This document shows, piece after piece, positions 9,936 through 16,926 of a DNA stretch of 64,000 nt. The translations under genes and the position numbers were made by a program. The DNA comes from Candidatus Enterousia sp. (GTDB lineage: Bacteria; Pseudomonadota; Alphaproteobacteria; Rs-D84). Under the pieces are notes generated by a model. That model searched no databases and was not told the DNA's origin. It saw nothing but the letters and a program-made list of their open reading frames with translations. Location: assembly GCA_045616625.1 (NCBI GenBank), contig JAZLHA010000013.1, forward strand, positions 4,201 through 68,200. The letters are read 5' to 3'. Position 1 is the first letter of the stretch, and every line of letters begins with the position of its first letter.

Positions 9936-10829
9936 TTAACGTTGTTTTTGTGGTGTATAGGATTTTTTTGTTTTTTGTATTTCTTTTTTTAGAACAAAAA
10001 AACGTACGCTTCTGACAATGTCTTCAATTGTTACAAATCCGTCAATATAGTTTTGAGGTAGGTATATACCAAACTCTTTATCTATATCCATTGCTAGTTG
10101 CATAATATCTGTTTTATCTAATTTTAAAGGTTTCTTTTCTAGTTTTGTTTCAAGTGTGATAGTTTTTTTTATTTGGTGGCTACGTTTGTCATCCGGATTA
10201 TTTTCACAATAGTTTTTGATTAATATACATAGCTTTTGTAATATAACTGTATTATCAACATTGTTTATAGTTTGTAACACAGAGTGTTGTTTTGTTTTTT
10301 GTTCAATTATTAAATAAATTTTATCGAATAGTTGTTGAACAGTCTCTATATTCTCGGTTGAAAATTCAATAGTGATTTTGTAGAGGTGTTCCATAGCAAC
10401 ACACACATCAACAATATCTAAACTTGTTAAATCTAAATCATATTTTAGATTGGTAGTTGGTGCGATTTGTTTGTTGTTACGAATAACACATTCAGAACGA
10501 ATAAATTTTATTAATTGTTCGTACACAGATTGTTTTGTTATGTTTTGTTTCTGTGTTTTTAATTCCGTGGTTTGTTTTTTTTGTGTCTTTGATTCTATCA
10601 AAAGACATAAATCAGAAACTTTGTTTAATTTTTGTATTTCAGCATCAGTGATTTTTATGTTAAAGACAGTTTCTATATGAATAACTAATTCTGCTAAATC
10701 CAAATCATCAAAATCTAAATCTTCAAAAAAATTAGAATTTTGCGTGACGTCTGCTGTAAAACCCATTGCTATAATTTTCTGATCAATTTTTCCAAATATA
10801 GCTTGTTTATCAATATGATTTTTTTGCAT
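9936..10829 (-). CDS. Protein with three tandem acyl-carrier-protein-like (PP-binding-like) domains
   Basis: Three ACP helix-II-like motifs are present: EDLDFDDLDLAELVIHIETVF (Asp at the Ser position), YDLDLTSLDIVDVCVAMEHLY (Ser retained) and LKLDKTDIMQLAMDIDKEFG (Thr at the Ser position). It is the last gene of the operon that contains the zeta-like kinase. Confidence 0.55.
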   Translation of the reverse strand: MQKNHIDKQAIFGKIDQKIIAMGFTADVTQNSNFFEDLDFDDLDLAELVIHIETVFNIKITDAEIQKLNKVSDLCLLIESKTQKKQTTELKTQKQNITKQSVYEQLIKFIRSECVIRNNKQIAPTTNLKYDLDLTSLDIVDVCVAMEHLYKITIEFSTENIETVQQLFDKIYLIIEQKTKQHSVLQTINNVDNTVILQKLCILIKNYCENNPDDKRSHQIKKTITLETKLEKKPLKLDKTDIMQLAMDIDKEFGIYLPQNYIDGFVTIEDIVRSVRFFVLKKEIQKTKKSYTPQKQR

Positions 10830-10841
10830 ATGTAATCCTTT

Positions 10842-11618
10842 TTATAAACGTATGGCGCCCAAAGCATTTTGTATAATTAATTTTTGTTTTTCTGGTGTCA
10901 TATTTCGAAATTGAGCGTCAGTAATTACCACAGGTTTATTATTATCCAATTCATCTTGAGTAAAGTCGTTTAAAGATTGCATGTATTGCGGAAATTTTCC
11001 AAAAACTCTGGTTTTGTCGTCTGTTTTTAAAAACATCACTTTAAATGGTATGTTGCCAGAATTATCAAGGACCAAGCATGTATCGCTTTGTGCTAAAAGA
11101 TTTGGGAATTTATCAATAATAATTTGGTATCTACGCATAATGTCTTCTTTTGGAACATCGTGTCCACCATTAGCCACTCTTTGTTGAACACGTGCAAAAC
11201 TTAAATTCTTACTGGATAATCCTATGAATATAGATGCTACTCTAAATCCTTCTTTTTTTGCTTGTTCCATGATTTTAAGATGTGTGTTAGATGCAGAAAC
11301 GGTTTCATAAATAAAACTTTGTTTATTTTGTATATGGTGTGATATTTTGTTGAGAATTTCTTTTCCAGCTTTTAACATACAACGATGTTTTATTGTTTCA
11401 GTTTGGGAAGAGTCTGATGTATGTAAAACCAATTGTTTTGCTGTTTCTGGATCTGATAGAAGTTTTTTATTTTCTTCATCCCAATTAATAAAGTCAATAT
11501 TTGCAAAAAAAGGATTGTCTTTAATTTGTGTTCTATAAAAAGTGGATTTGCCTGCACCATTTGGTCCAGCAAGTAATAAAAACAATGGTGCCTCTGATTC
11601 TATGTTTTCTATTGTCAT
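10842..11618 (-). CDS. Zeta-toxin-like / COG4185-type P-loop kinase
   Basis: It has a Walker A motif (LLAGPNGAGKSTF) and GGHDVPKEDIMRRYQ, which is typical of the zeta toxin / predicted ABC-type ATPase family. Confidence 0.7.
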   Translation of the reverse strand: MTIENIESEAPLFLLLAGPNGAGKSTFYRTQIKDNPFFANIDFINWDEENKKLLSDPETAKQLVLHTSDSSQTETIKHRCMLKAGKEILNKISHHIQNKQSFIYETVSASNTHLKIMEQAKKEGFRVASIFIGLSSKNLSFARVQQRVANGGHDVPKEDIMRRYQIIIDKFPNLLAQSDTCLVLDNSGNIPFKVMFLKTDDKTRVFGKFPQYMQSLNDFTQDELDNNKPVVITDAQFRNMTPEKQKLIIQNALGAIRL

Positions 11619-11797
11619 TATAAATCCTCTAGAATTATTTCTTTGCCGTTATCATCAAATTTTACTATATGCTTAGAACCGTTTTGGTTTTCTTTAATAA
11701 GTTTTCCGTCTTTTTCATAGTATTTTGGAAAAGATATTTCCAATTTAATTGGTTTTGTAGCAATTTTTATAATTTCTGTTTCTTTCTTTGTTAACAT
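11618..11797 (-). CDS. Small protein upstream of the zeta-like kinase (candidate antitoxin)
   Basis: The ORF was trimmed to MLTKKETEII... (59 aa). Its stop overlaps the kinase start in an ATGA-type overlap at 11618. Function is inferred from position only. Confidence 0.4.
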   Translation of the reverse strand: MLTKKETEIIKIATKPIKLEISFPKYYEKDGKLIKENQNGSKHIVKFDDNGKEIILEDL

Positions 11798-11930
11798 AGG
11801 AACTCTTTTTTTTATACTATATAATATAATACAAAATATATAAATTGTCAAGTGTATTAATAAAAGGGTGTTTTTTATTTGACAATGTCAAAAGAAATGT
11901 ATAAAATATGTCCGCTTGATTGAGAGTTTT

Positions 11931-12006
11931 GGGGTTGTAGCTCAGTTGGTAGAGCATCTGCTTTGCAAGCAGAGGGTCGTCAGTTCGAGTCTGATCAGCT
12001 CCACCA
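11931..12006 (+). tRNA. tRNA-Ala (anticodon UGC)
   Basis: The 5' end is ggggttgtagctcagttggtagagc. A G3:U70 pair is present. The anticodon stem is tctgc/gcaga with loop ttTGCaa. CCA is encoded. Confidence 0.92.
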
Positions 12007-12046
12007 GAATTCTTTAATGTTCGCCGAAAAGGGGGTGAATTATATA

Positions 12047-12253
12047 ATGGTAAAAGTTTTAGTACGTGATAATAACGTTGAACAGGCTTTGCGCGTTGCA
12101 AAACGTAAATCTCAGAAAGAAGGTCTGTATCGTGAAATGAAAGAACGTCAACGTTACGAAAAACCAACAACAAAACGTAAACGCTTAAAAGAAGAAGCGG
12201 TACGTAATGAAAAAAGACGTCAGTCTAAACAACGTATGGTTTTCGGTTTCTAA
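12047..12253 (+). CDS. rpsU: 30S ribosomal protein S21
   Basis: [40 protein letters not shown], with the RBS AAAAGGGGGTG 9 nt upstream. The ORF-track start at 11963 lies inside tRNA-Ala and was rejected. Confidence 0.9.
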   Translation: MVKVLVRDNNVEQALRVAKRKSQKEGLYREMKERQRYEKPTTKRKRLKEEAVRNEKRRQSKQRMVFGF

Positions 12254-12257
12254 GTTT

Positions 12258-12327
12258 AAAAAAGCCCACAAAATTTTGTGGGCTTTTTTGTTAATAAAAA
12301 TACCCCGATTTCGGGGTATTGTTTTTT
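12258..12327. terminator. Two hairpin terminators between convergent rpsU and the DUF1015 gene
   Basis: The hairpins are aaaagcccacaaaattttgtgggctttttt and aaataccccgatttcggggtatt. Both are flanked by A/T runs, so they could work in both directions. Confidence 0.7.
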
Positions 12328-13564
12328 ATGATAATTTGTGAATTACCAAACCACTGCGCAACTTTGGTTCAAACCATGTTGTCTTGGGTGGCATAATGTT
12401 TCCTGTATCTGCGATATTTATAATTTGGCGCATTGTGACAGGAAATAGGGCAAATGCCACAACCATTTCACCAGAATCAACGCGTTTCTGTAATTCGCCC
12501 AAACCACGAATTCCGCCAACAAAATCTATGCGGTCGCTGGTTCGCAAATCACCCAGATTTAGTATTTTATCAAATACCAGATTTGATAAAATAGTTACAT
12601 CCAAAACGCCAATTGGGTCATTGTCATTATATGTACCAGCCTTGGCGGTCAAAGAATACCAATCGCCGTCCAGATACATACCGAAATTGTGTAAAGCGTT
12701 TGGTTTATAAATGTCACTGCCGATTTTAGCAATATCAAAAGATTCTGATAATTTTGCTAAAAATTCGTCTTTACTTAAGCCATTCAAATCACGAACCACG
12801 CGGTTATAGTCAATAACATGCAGTTGAGATTCTGGGAATATTACCGCCAAGAAATAATTGTATTCTTCGTTGCCGGTATGGTTTGGATTGTGTTCGCGTT
12901 TTTCAGCCCCTACACGTGCGGCAGCAGCGGTTCTGTGATGACCATCCGCAACATACATTGCAGGAATAGTTTTAAATATTTCTGTAATGCGTGCATTTGT
13001 TTTATCATCGTCGATAACCCAGAATTTATGTCCAAAACCATCAGGTGCAACAAAATCATACTCTGGGGCGTTGTTTTTGACAATAGTTTCAACAATTTCG
13101 TTCATTTCAGCAACATCAGGATATGCAAAGAATACAGGTTCCAAATTTGCATCTTGAATACGAACATGAACCATACGATCGTCTTCTTTTTCTTTGCGTG
13201 TTAATTCATGTTTTTTGATTTTGCCGGTCATATAGTCATCAACATTTGCGGCAGCAACCAAACCATATTGAGTACGCCCATCCATAGTTTGTGCATAAAT
13301 GTAATACATTTCTTTGGCATCTTGTTTTAGCCAGCCACGTGATTGCCATAACTTAAAGTTTTCAACGGCTTTATCATAAGTCCGTTGTTCATGTTCGCCG
13401 GCAATGGGGTCAAAATCAATTTCTGGTTTAATGATATGTAGCAATGATTTTTCGCCAGCCTCTAATTTGGCCTCATTAGAATTAAGCACATCGTATGGAC
13501 GTGAAGCAACCTGTTCAACAAATTTTTGTGGTGGACGAACACCTGCAAAAGGTTTAATTTTCAT
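12326..13564 (-). CDS. DUF1015 family protein
   Basis: 412 aa. The N-terminus MKIKPFAGVRPPQKFVEQVASRPYDVLNSNEA and the overall length match my recollection of DUF1015. RBS AAGGAG. Confidence 0.7.
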   Translation of the reverse strand: MKIKPFAGVRPPQKFVEQVASRPYDVLNSNEAKLEAGEKSLLHIIKPEIDFDPIAGEHEQRTYDKAVENFKLWQSRGWLKQDAKEMYYIYAQTMDGRTQYGLVAAANVDDYMTGKIKKHELTRKEKEDDRMVHVRIQDANLEPVFFAYPDVAEMNEIVETIVKNNAPEYDFVAPDGFGHKFWVIDDDKTNARITEIFKTIPAMYVADGHHRTAAAARVGAEKREHNPNHTGNEEYNYFLAVIFPESQLHVIDYNRVVRDLNGLSKDEFLAKLSESFDIAKIGSDIYKPNALHNFGMYLDGDWYSLTAKAGTYNDNDPIGVLDVTILSNLVFDKILNLGDLRTSDRIDFVGGIRGLGELQKRVDSGEMVVAFALFPVTMRQIINIADTGNIMPPKTTWFEPKLRSGLVIHKLS

Positions 13565-13641
13565 AATAACTTCTCCTTTGGTATTTAAACGCAGTGGTAA
13601 AGATACAGGAAAAACAAAAAAAATCTAGGGAAATTTTTTAT

Positions 13642-13670
13642 TTGCAAATGAAATATATGCACTGTATAAT
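13642..13670 (+). promoter_or_regulatory. Sigma-70-like promoter for tRNA-Gln
   Basis: TTGCAA (13642-13647), a 17-nt spacer, then TATAAT (13665-13670). The tRNA starts 12 nt later. Confidence 0.6.
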
Positions 13671-13681
13671 GTGCGACGCAT

Positions 13682-13755
13682 TGGGGCATAGTTTAATGGT
13701 AGAACATCGGACTCTGACTCCGCTAGTGTTGGTTCGAATCCAGCTGCCCCAACCA
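13682..13755 (+). tRNA. tRNA-Gln (anticodon CUG)
   Basis: Acceptor tggggca/tgcccca, anticodon loop ctCTGac, T-arm gttgg-ttcgaat-ccagc, discriminator A plus CCA. Confidence 0.85.
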
Positions 13756-13802
13756 AAAATTCAAGATGCTCAAATGGGCGTTTTTTAAGTAAAATTATAA
13801 AG

Positions 13803-14204
13803 TTATCGTTGTATTGTTTTAATTTTATTCAATAAAAGTTGTCTTTTTGAATGTGTTTTTTTCTCAAACAAAGCGATAGATTGATTATGTATTCTTGACA
13901 TGTTTGTGTATAGATTATGGTTGTTGATACAGTTTTCATAATTTATACGTAAAACATTTCTACCTTCATAATCAATTATGTGGGAAAAATGCACTTCCAT
14001 GTTTATACCATTCTTATTAAAGATATCTTTAGCTATATCTAGATAAGATTCTGATTGTGGAACATAGTAAAAATATTTAGTTTGTAAAAATATTTTTCTA
14101 AAAGTTATAATGCTACACTTATTACACATCAATGCTAATAAAGCGATATCTTCATCAGGAATGAGCTGTATGTCAGATAAAATAGTTTTTTTTAATAATT
14201 TCAT
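13803..14204 (-). CDS. Hypothetical protein
   Basis: 133-aa ORF with no recognisable motifs and a weak RBS. Confidence 0.4.
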   Translation of the reverse strand: MKLLKKTILSDIQLIPDEDIALLALMCNKCSIITFRKIFLQTKYFYYVPQSESYLDIAKDIFNKNGINMEVHFSHIIDYEGRNVLRINYENCINNHNLYTNMSRIHNQSIALFEKKTHSKRQLLLNKIKTIQR

Positions 14205-14311
14205 ATATTAACTCTTAAATTTTTAGTTTGGGAAAATATTGTTGGACAACAATATAAAAATGTCAAGTTTTTTTACAAAAAATATGATAATTGTTTTTTT
14301 GTATTGGTCAT

Positions 14312-14399
14312 GCGCTTCGCTCTGACCCATCCCGGTTCAAATCCGGGGGTTGATACAAAAATAAAAAACACCTAAACAGGTGTTTTCAATTTTTGGCAG
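14312..14399 (+). repeat. Repeat R1, copy A: tRNA-T-arm-like fragment + hairpin + ttggcag
   Basis: It shares these strings in the same order with 16661-16770: cggttcAaatccg, aaaaaacacc ... ggtg hairpin, and ttggcag. It is not foldable as a tRNA. Confidence 0.6.
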
Positions 14400-14406
14400 G
14401 ACATAC

Positions 14407-14474
14407 TGTGCAATTCACGAGCTAATGAGATGCGTGATTTGTTGTCGTTCGGGAAAGATGTTAAGGTGTTTTTG
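14407..14474 (+). repeat. Repeat R2, copy A (68 nt)
   Basis: A gapless hand alignment with 15674-15741 gives 54/68 identical positions. It starts tgtgcaattcacgag and ends aaagatgttaa..tgtttttg. Confidence 0.8.
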
Positions 14475-14483
14475 AATACTTAT

Positions 14484-14996
14484 TTACAATAAATACCTGA
14501 CATCACAAATTGGTCTATGTTCTTTATATGATACGGATTCCATTTTATTATCTTTGATTTCAAATTTTTCAATTTTTGCTTTTGTAGGTTCTGCATAATC
14601 AGCGCCGATATTTCTTGATGCACTTGTTATCAAAAACGGTTGCATTTGGAATTTATAAGCACGCAAAACACAATCTGCGCCCTCCAAAGTTGTTAATCGT
14701 TCAAGTTTTTTGCCGTTATCAAGGTATATGTCGTAAAAAGTATAAGAATGTGCCGTTCCTGTCACAAAACGCCCACGTTTAATTGTATCTTTCGTACCGT
14801 TATTATTAACATCAACATAAAAGGTATCTATTTGTTTGGTTCCGTATTCATCTGGCAAATCGAAAGTTTCTGTTTTATCTGGTTCTGGCAGACCGTCAGA
14901 AAAAATACCAGCATATTCAACTTGTTTTGAACAAGCCGCACAAAATAATAAAACAAGAAAACTAGTCAACACTTTCTGCATGGCATCTGCACCCAT
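14484..14996 (-). CDS. Putative lipoprotein / secreted protein
   Basis: The ORF was trimmed to M10 (GGGGAAG SD-like element upstream). The signal ends in a lipobox-like LLFCAAC|S. The start is uncertain (14996 or 14981). Confidence 0.55.
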   Translation of the reverse strand: MGADAMQKVLTSFLVLLFCAACSKQVEYAGIFSDGLPEPDKTETFDLPDEYGTKQIDTFYVDVNNNGTKDTIKRGRFVTGTAHSYTFYDIYLDNGKKLERLTTLEGADCVLRAYKFQMQPFLITSASRNIGADYAEPTKAKIEKFEIKDNKMESVSYKEHRPICDVRYLL

Positions 14997-15567
14997 ATTC
15001 TTCCCCAGGATGTGGTGTATCATACCATGTTCTTATCTCTCCGTCCAGTACTTCGTGTTCTGGTCGAACTTTATCATCGCCAACCGTCACCCAAACATAC
15101 TTTTCATCTTTAGGAACCAGGCGTTTTTTACCCGACATATTCCCTTCGTGTTTCTTCATTGCTTTTGCCAATTGTAACAGATTATCTTTAGAAAGATTAT
15201 TCATTGGTGTTGAACGCGGAAAACCTGTCTGTCTTTCTACGGATTTCAAATAATCTTCAACATTGTTTTCATTTGGTGGTGCATATCTATTTATAGCACC
15301 TTCAATTGTTAGATTTTGATAAGCACTTGTTGATAATAAATTTGCCATAGCGTTAAAACCTGTCGCGGAATCTGGAAATATCGCAAATCTGCCGTCCGTT
15401 CCAATTGCTCCGTTGTCACGTGCAAATTTTCCATCTTCCAAATTGCCGGGGTTATTATTACGCCACGCTCTGCTTCCTCCACTTGCTTCATAGATATTTC
15501 CGTCATTCCCGACATACATTCTGGTTGTGCTGATTCCTGGAAATGCAGATATATAGGTAGGTTCCAT
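14962..15567 (-). CDS. Phage-derived protein with an NNPGN-motif N-domain and a Mu gpF / SPP1 gp7-like C-terminal motif
   Basis: 201 aa, RBS AAAGGAG. The C-terminus VGDDKVRPEHEVLDGEI...PGEEYGCRCHA resembles the D-x-VR-x-x-H...G...CRC motif of the Phage_Mu_F family. The N-terminus has AWRNNNPGNL...GRFAIFPD. Confidence 0.55.
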   Translation of the reverse strand: MEPTYISAFPGISTTRMYVGNDGNIYEASGGSRAWRNNNPGNLEDGKFARDNGAIGTDGRFAIFPDSATGFNAMANLLSTSAYQNLTIEGAINRYAPPNENNVEDYLKSVERQTGFPRSTPMNNLSKDNLLQLAKAMKKHEGNMSGKKRLVPKDEKYVWVTVGDDKVRPEHEVLDGEIRTWYDTPHPGEEYGCRCHAESVD

Positions 15568-15591
15568 TTATAACTCCTTTTGATTTTGATA

Positions 15592-15618
15592 TAAAAAAAG
15601 ACGGCAAAATGCCGTCTG
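15592..15618 (-). terminator. Intrinsic-terminator-like hairpin inside the leader of the 14962..15567 gene
   Basis: On the minus strand, agacggc-attTT-gccgtct (7 bp) is followed by a T6-7 run. It lies between a TTGATT-N17-TGaTATAAT promoter (15632-15660) and the RBS. Confidence 0.55.
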
Positions 15619-15673
15619 TTAAATTGTCCACATTATATCACAAATCGCATAAAAAATCAATGCTAAAACACCT

Positions 15674-15741
15674 TGTGCAATTCACGAGTTGATTTTATTC
15701 ATGAATTGTTGCGGTTTGGAAAAGATGTTAAAATGTTTTTG
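15674..15741 (+). repeat. Repeat R2, copy B (68 nt)
   Basis: See copy A. Its 3' end overlaps the -35 of the promoter of the 15775 gene. Confidence 0.8.
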
Positions 15742-15767
15742 CAAAAAAGTTAGTTTTATAGTATAAT
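15739..15767 (+). promoter_or_regulatory. Sigma-70-like promoter placed for a leaderless transcript of the 15775 gene
   Basis: TTGCAA (15739-15744), a 17-nt spacer, then TATAAT (15762-15767). The ATG at 15775 is 8 nt past the -10 and has no SD. Confidence 0.5.
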
Positions 15768-15774
15768 TTCAATT

Positions 15775-16428
15775 ATGATAAATATAGATAAAGATATTAT
15801 TGAAAAAGTAAATATCGTATTAGAAAAAATTGATAAATTTTTTCATGATATAGAACCATCTTTGAAAAATGCTATATCTCGTGATAAGTATTTTGAACAA
15901 CACCCAGAAATAACAGACCATGTAAATTATAACTTTTCTTTATCTGGCGATGATATTATCAACAAAAAAATTCCTTATAATGTCGCTGGTTGTACTGGAC
16001 GCGCTAAATTATTTTCTAAGTACGCGCAAGAAATCGGATTACAAGAATTCAATATTGTTGTCACTGCAAAAAAAGACGATATTAAAAATAAAAATTCTGG
16101 CAAAATGATAGATGGTCATCAACTTGTTGCAATAAAACTATCGGACGGTCTGCATATGATTGACCCAGGTACCGGAAAAACATATGAAAAAGCAAAAATA
16201 GATGGTGTATGCAAAGTCAGCGAAAATATAGATGCTGTTGGAAGCCATCAAAAAGATCATGTGATAAGCGCTATTTTGGAACCAGATAAATATGATAATA
16301 TAAAAACATACGAACAAATGAAAAGATTGTATATAGGTGGTGCTTTTAAAGCGGGTAAAAATAACATCGAAAACAGAATTGCTAATACACAAATTTTGCA
16401 AAAATTGTTTCAATCTGAAAATGAATAA
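15775..16428 (+). CDS. Transglutaminase-like (papain-fold Cys-His-Asp) protein
   Basis: The order and spacing of AGCTGRAKLFSKYAQEIGL (Cys), DGHQLVAI (His) and HMIDPGTG (Asp) follow the transglutaminase-core pattern G-x-C-x2-F/A ... H-x-W/L ... D-P. Confidence 0.5.
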   Translation: MINIDKDIIEKVNIVLEKIDKFFHDIEPSLKNAISRDKYFEQHPEITDHVNYNFSLSGDDIINKKIPYNVAGCTGRAKLFSKYAQEIGLQEFNIVVTAKKDDIKNKNSGKMIDGHQLVAIKLSDGLHMIDPGTGKTYEKAKIDGVCKVSENIDAVGSHQKDHVISAILEPDKYDNIKTYEQMKRLYIGGAFKAGKNNIENRIANTQILQKLFQSENE

Positions 16429-16456
16429 AAACACCCACAATAAATACGAACTAATG

Positions 16457-16487
16457 GAAAGGTTAGATTTCTAACCTTTTCTTTTTT
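16457..16487 (+). terminator. Rho-independent terminator
   Basis: gaaaggttag-attt-ctaacctttt is followed by cttttttt. Confidence 0.7.
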
Positions 16488-16660
16488 AAAGTTCGTAAAT
16501 GTGTAAAACGGTGGTGTTTTTTAATACCCAACTTTCGAACTCACACCAATAACGAAAATCAAAAAAATCTACGTTTGTCGATTTTTTAAGATTTTCTTAA
16601 TTGTCCTACTCGGATTTCCCTCGGCTTGCGCCTGCGAGGCATTCGTTTGCGCTCAAACTT

Positions 16661-16770
16661 CGCTTCGTTCGTTTTCGCTTACTCATAGTGAACCGAACGG
16701 TTCCAATCCGACGGGATACCAAAAGAATCAAAAAACACCACACAAGGTGGTGTTTTTTGATTCTTGGCAG
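16661..16770 (+). repeat. Repeat R1, copy B; it ends in the last 6-7 nt of tRNA-Glu (opposite strand)
   Basis: cggttcCaatccg ... aaaaaacaccacacaaggtggtgtttttt ... ttggcag. See copy A. Confidence 0.6.
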
Positions 16771-16839
16771 CCCCACTCGGATTTGAACCGGGATTCTCGC
16801 CTTGAAAGGGCGGTGTCCTAACCATTAGACGATGGGGCC
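16765..16839 (-). tRNA. tRNA-Glu (anticodon UUC)
   Basis: The reverse complement reads ggccccatcgtctaatggttaggacaccgccctTTCaaggcgag...ggttcaaatcc...ggggctgcca. It has a cloverleaf with an encoded CCA. Confidence 0.9.
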
Positions 16840-16926
16840 AAAACTTTTATGCCCGCAAATTTTATAAGATAGTTTAGCGGTTGTCAAGAAAATAAAGGCA
16901 CGTTATTTAATCGCGCCTTTATTTTT

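Noticed and set aside
11817-12173. ORF-track entries overlapping tRNA genes (11817..12173, 11963..12253 5' part, 7064..7309, 13594..13788, 20731..20970, 20834..21052, 20864..21061, 16601..16786).
   Set aside because: They run through tRNA genes or terminators, lack an RBS, and have low-complexity translations. rpsU was re-started at 12047.
14300-14356. tRNA-like sequence (cccggttcaaatccggggg), considered as a possible sixth tRNA gene.
   Set aside because: Only a T-arm can be formed. There is no acceptor pairing, no D-arm, an oversized 12-nt anticodon-region loop and no CCA. It is treated as a tRNA fragment inside repeat R1.
14962-15023. The 62-nt overlap between ORFs 14962..15567 and 14484..15023, considered as evidence of a frameshifted single gene.
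   Set aside because: The downstream ORF has internal starts (14996 with an SD-like GGGGAAG, or 14981) that give a normal signal peptide and a modest 20-35-nt overlap. The two proteins have unrelated features.
16600-16725. Possible tmRNA (ssrA, including the two-piece alphaproteobacterial form). The evidence was a tRNA-like 3' end (...cggttccaatccgacgggatacca) and a nearby reverse-strand reading frame starting A-N-E.
   Set aside because: No complementary 5' acceptor strand (atcccgt) is present upstream or downstream. The T-stem has only 3 bp. The only ANx-type frame (ANECLAGASRGKSE) lacks the hydrophobic ..LAA-type ending. The segment is better explained as copy B of repeat R1 (tRNA debris).
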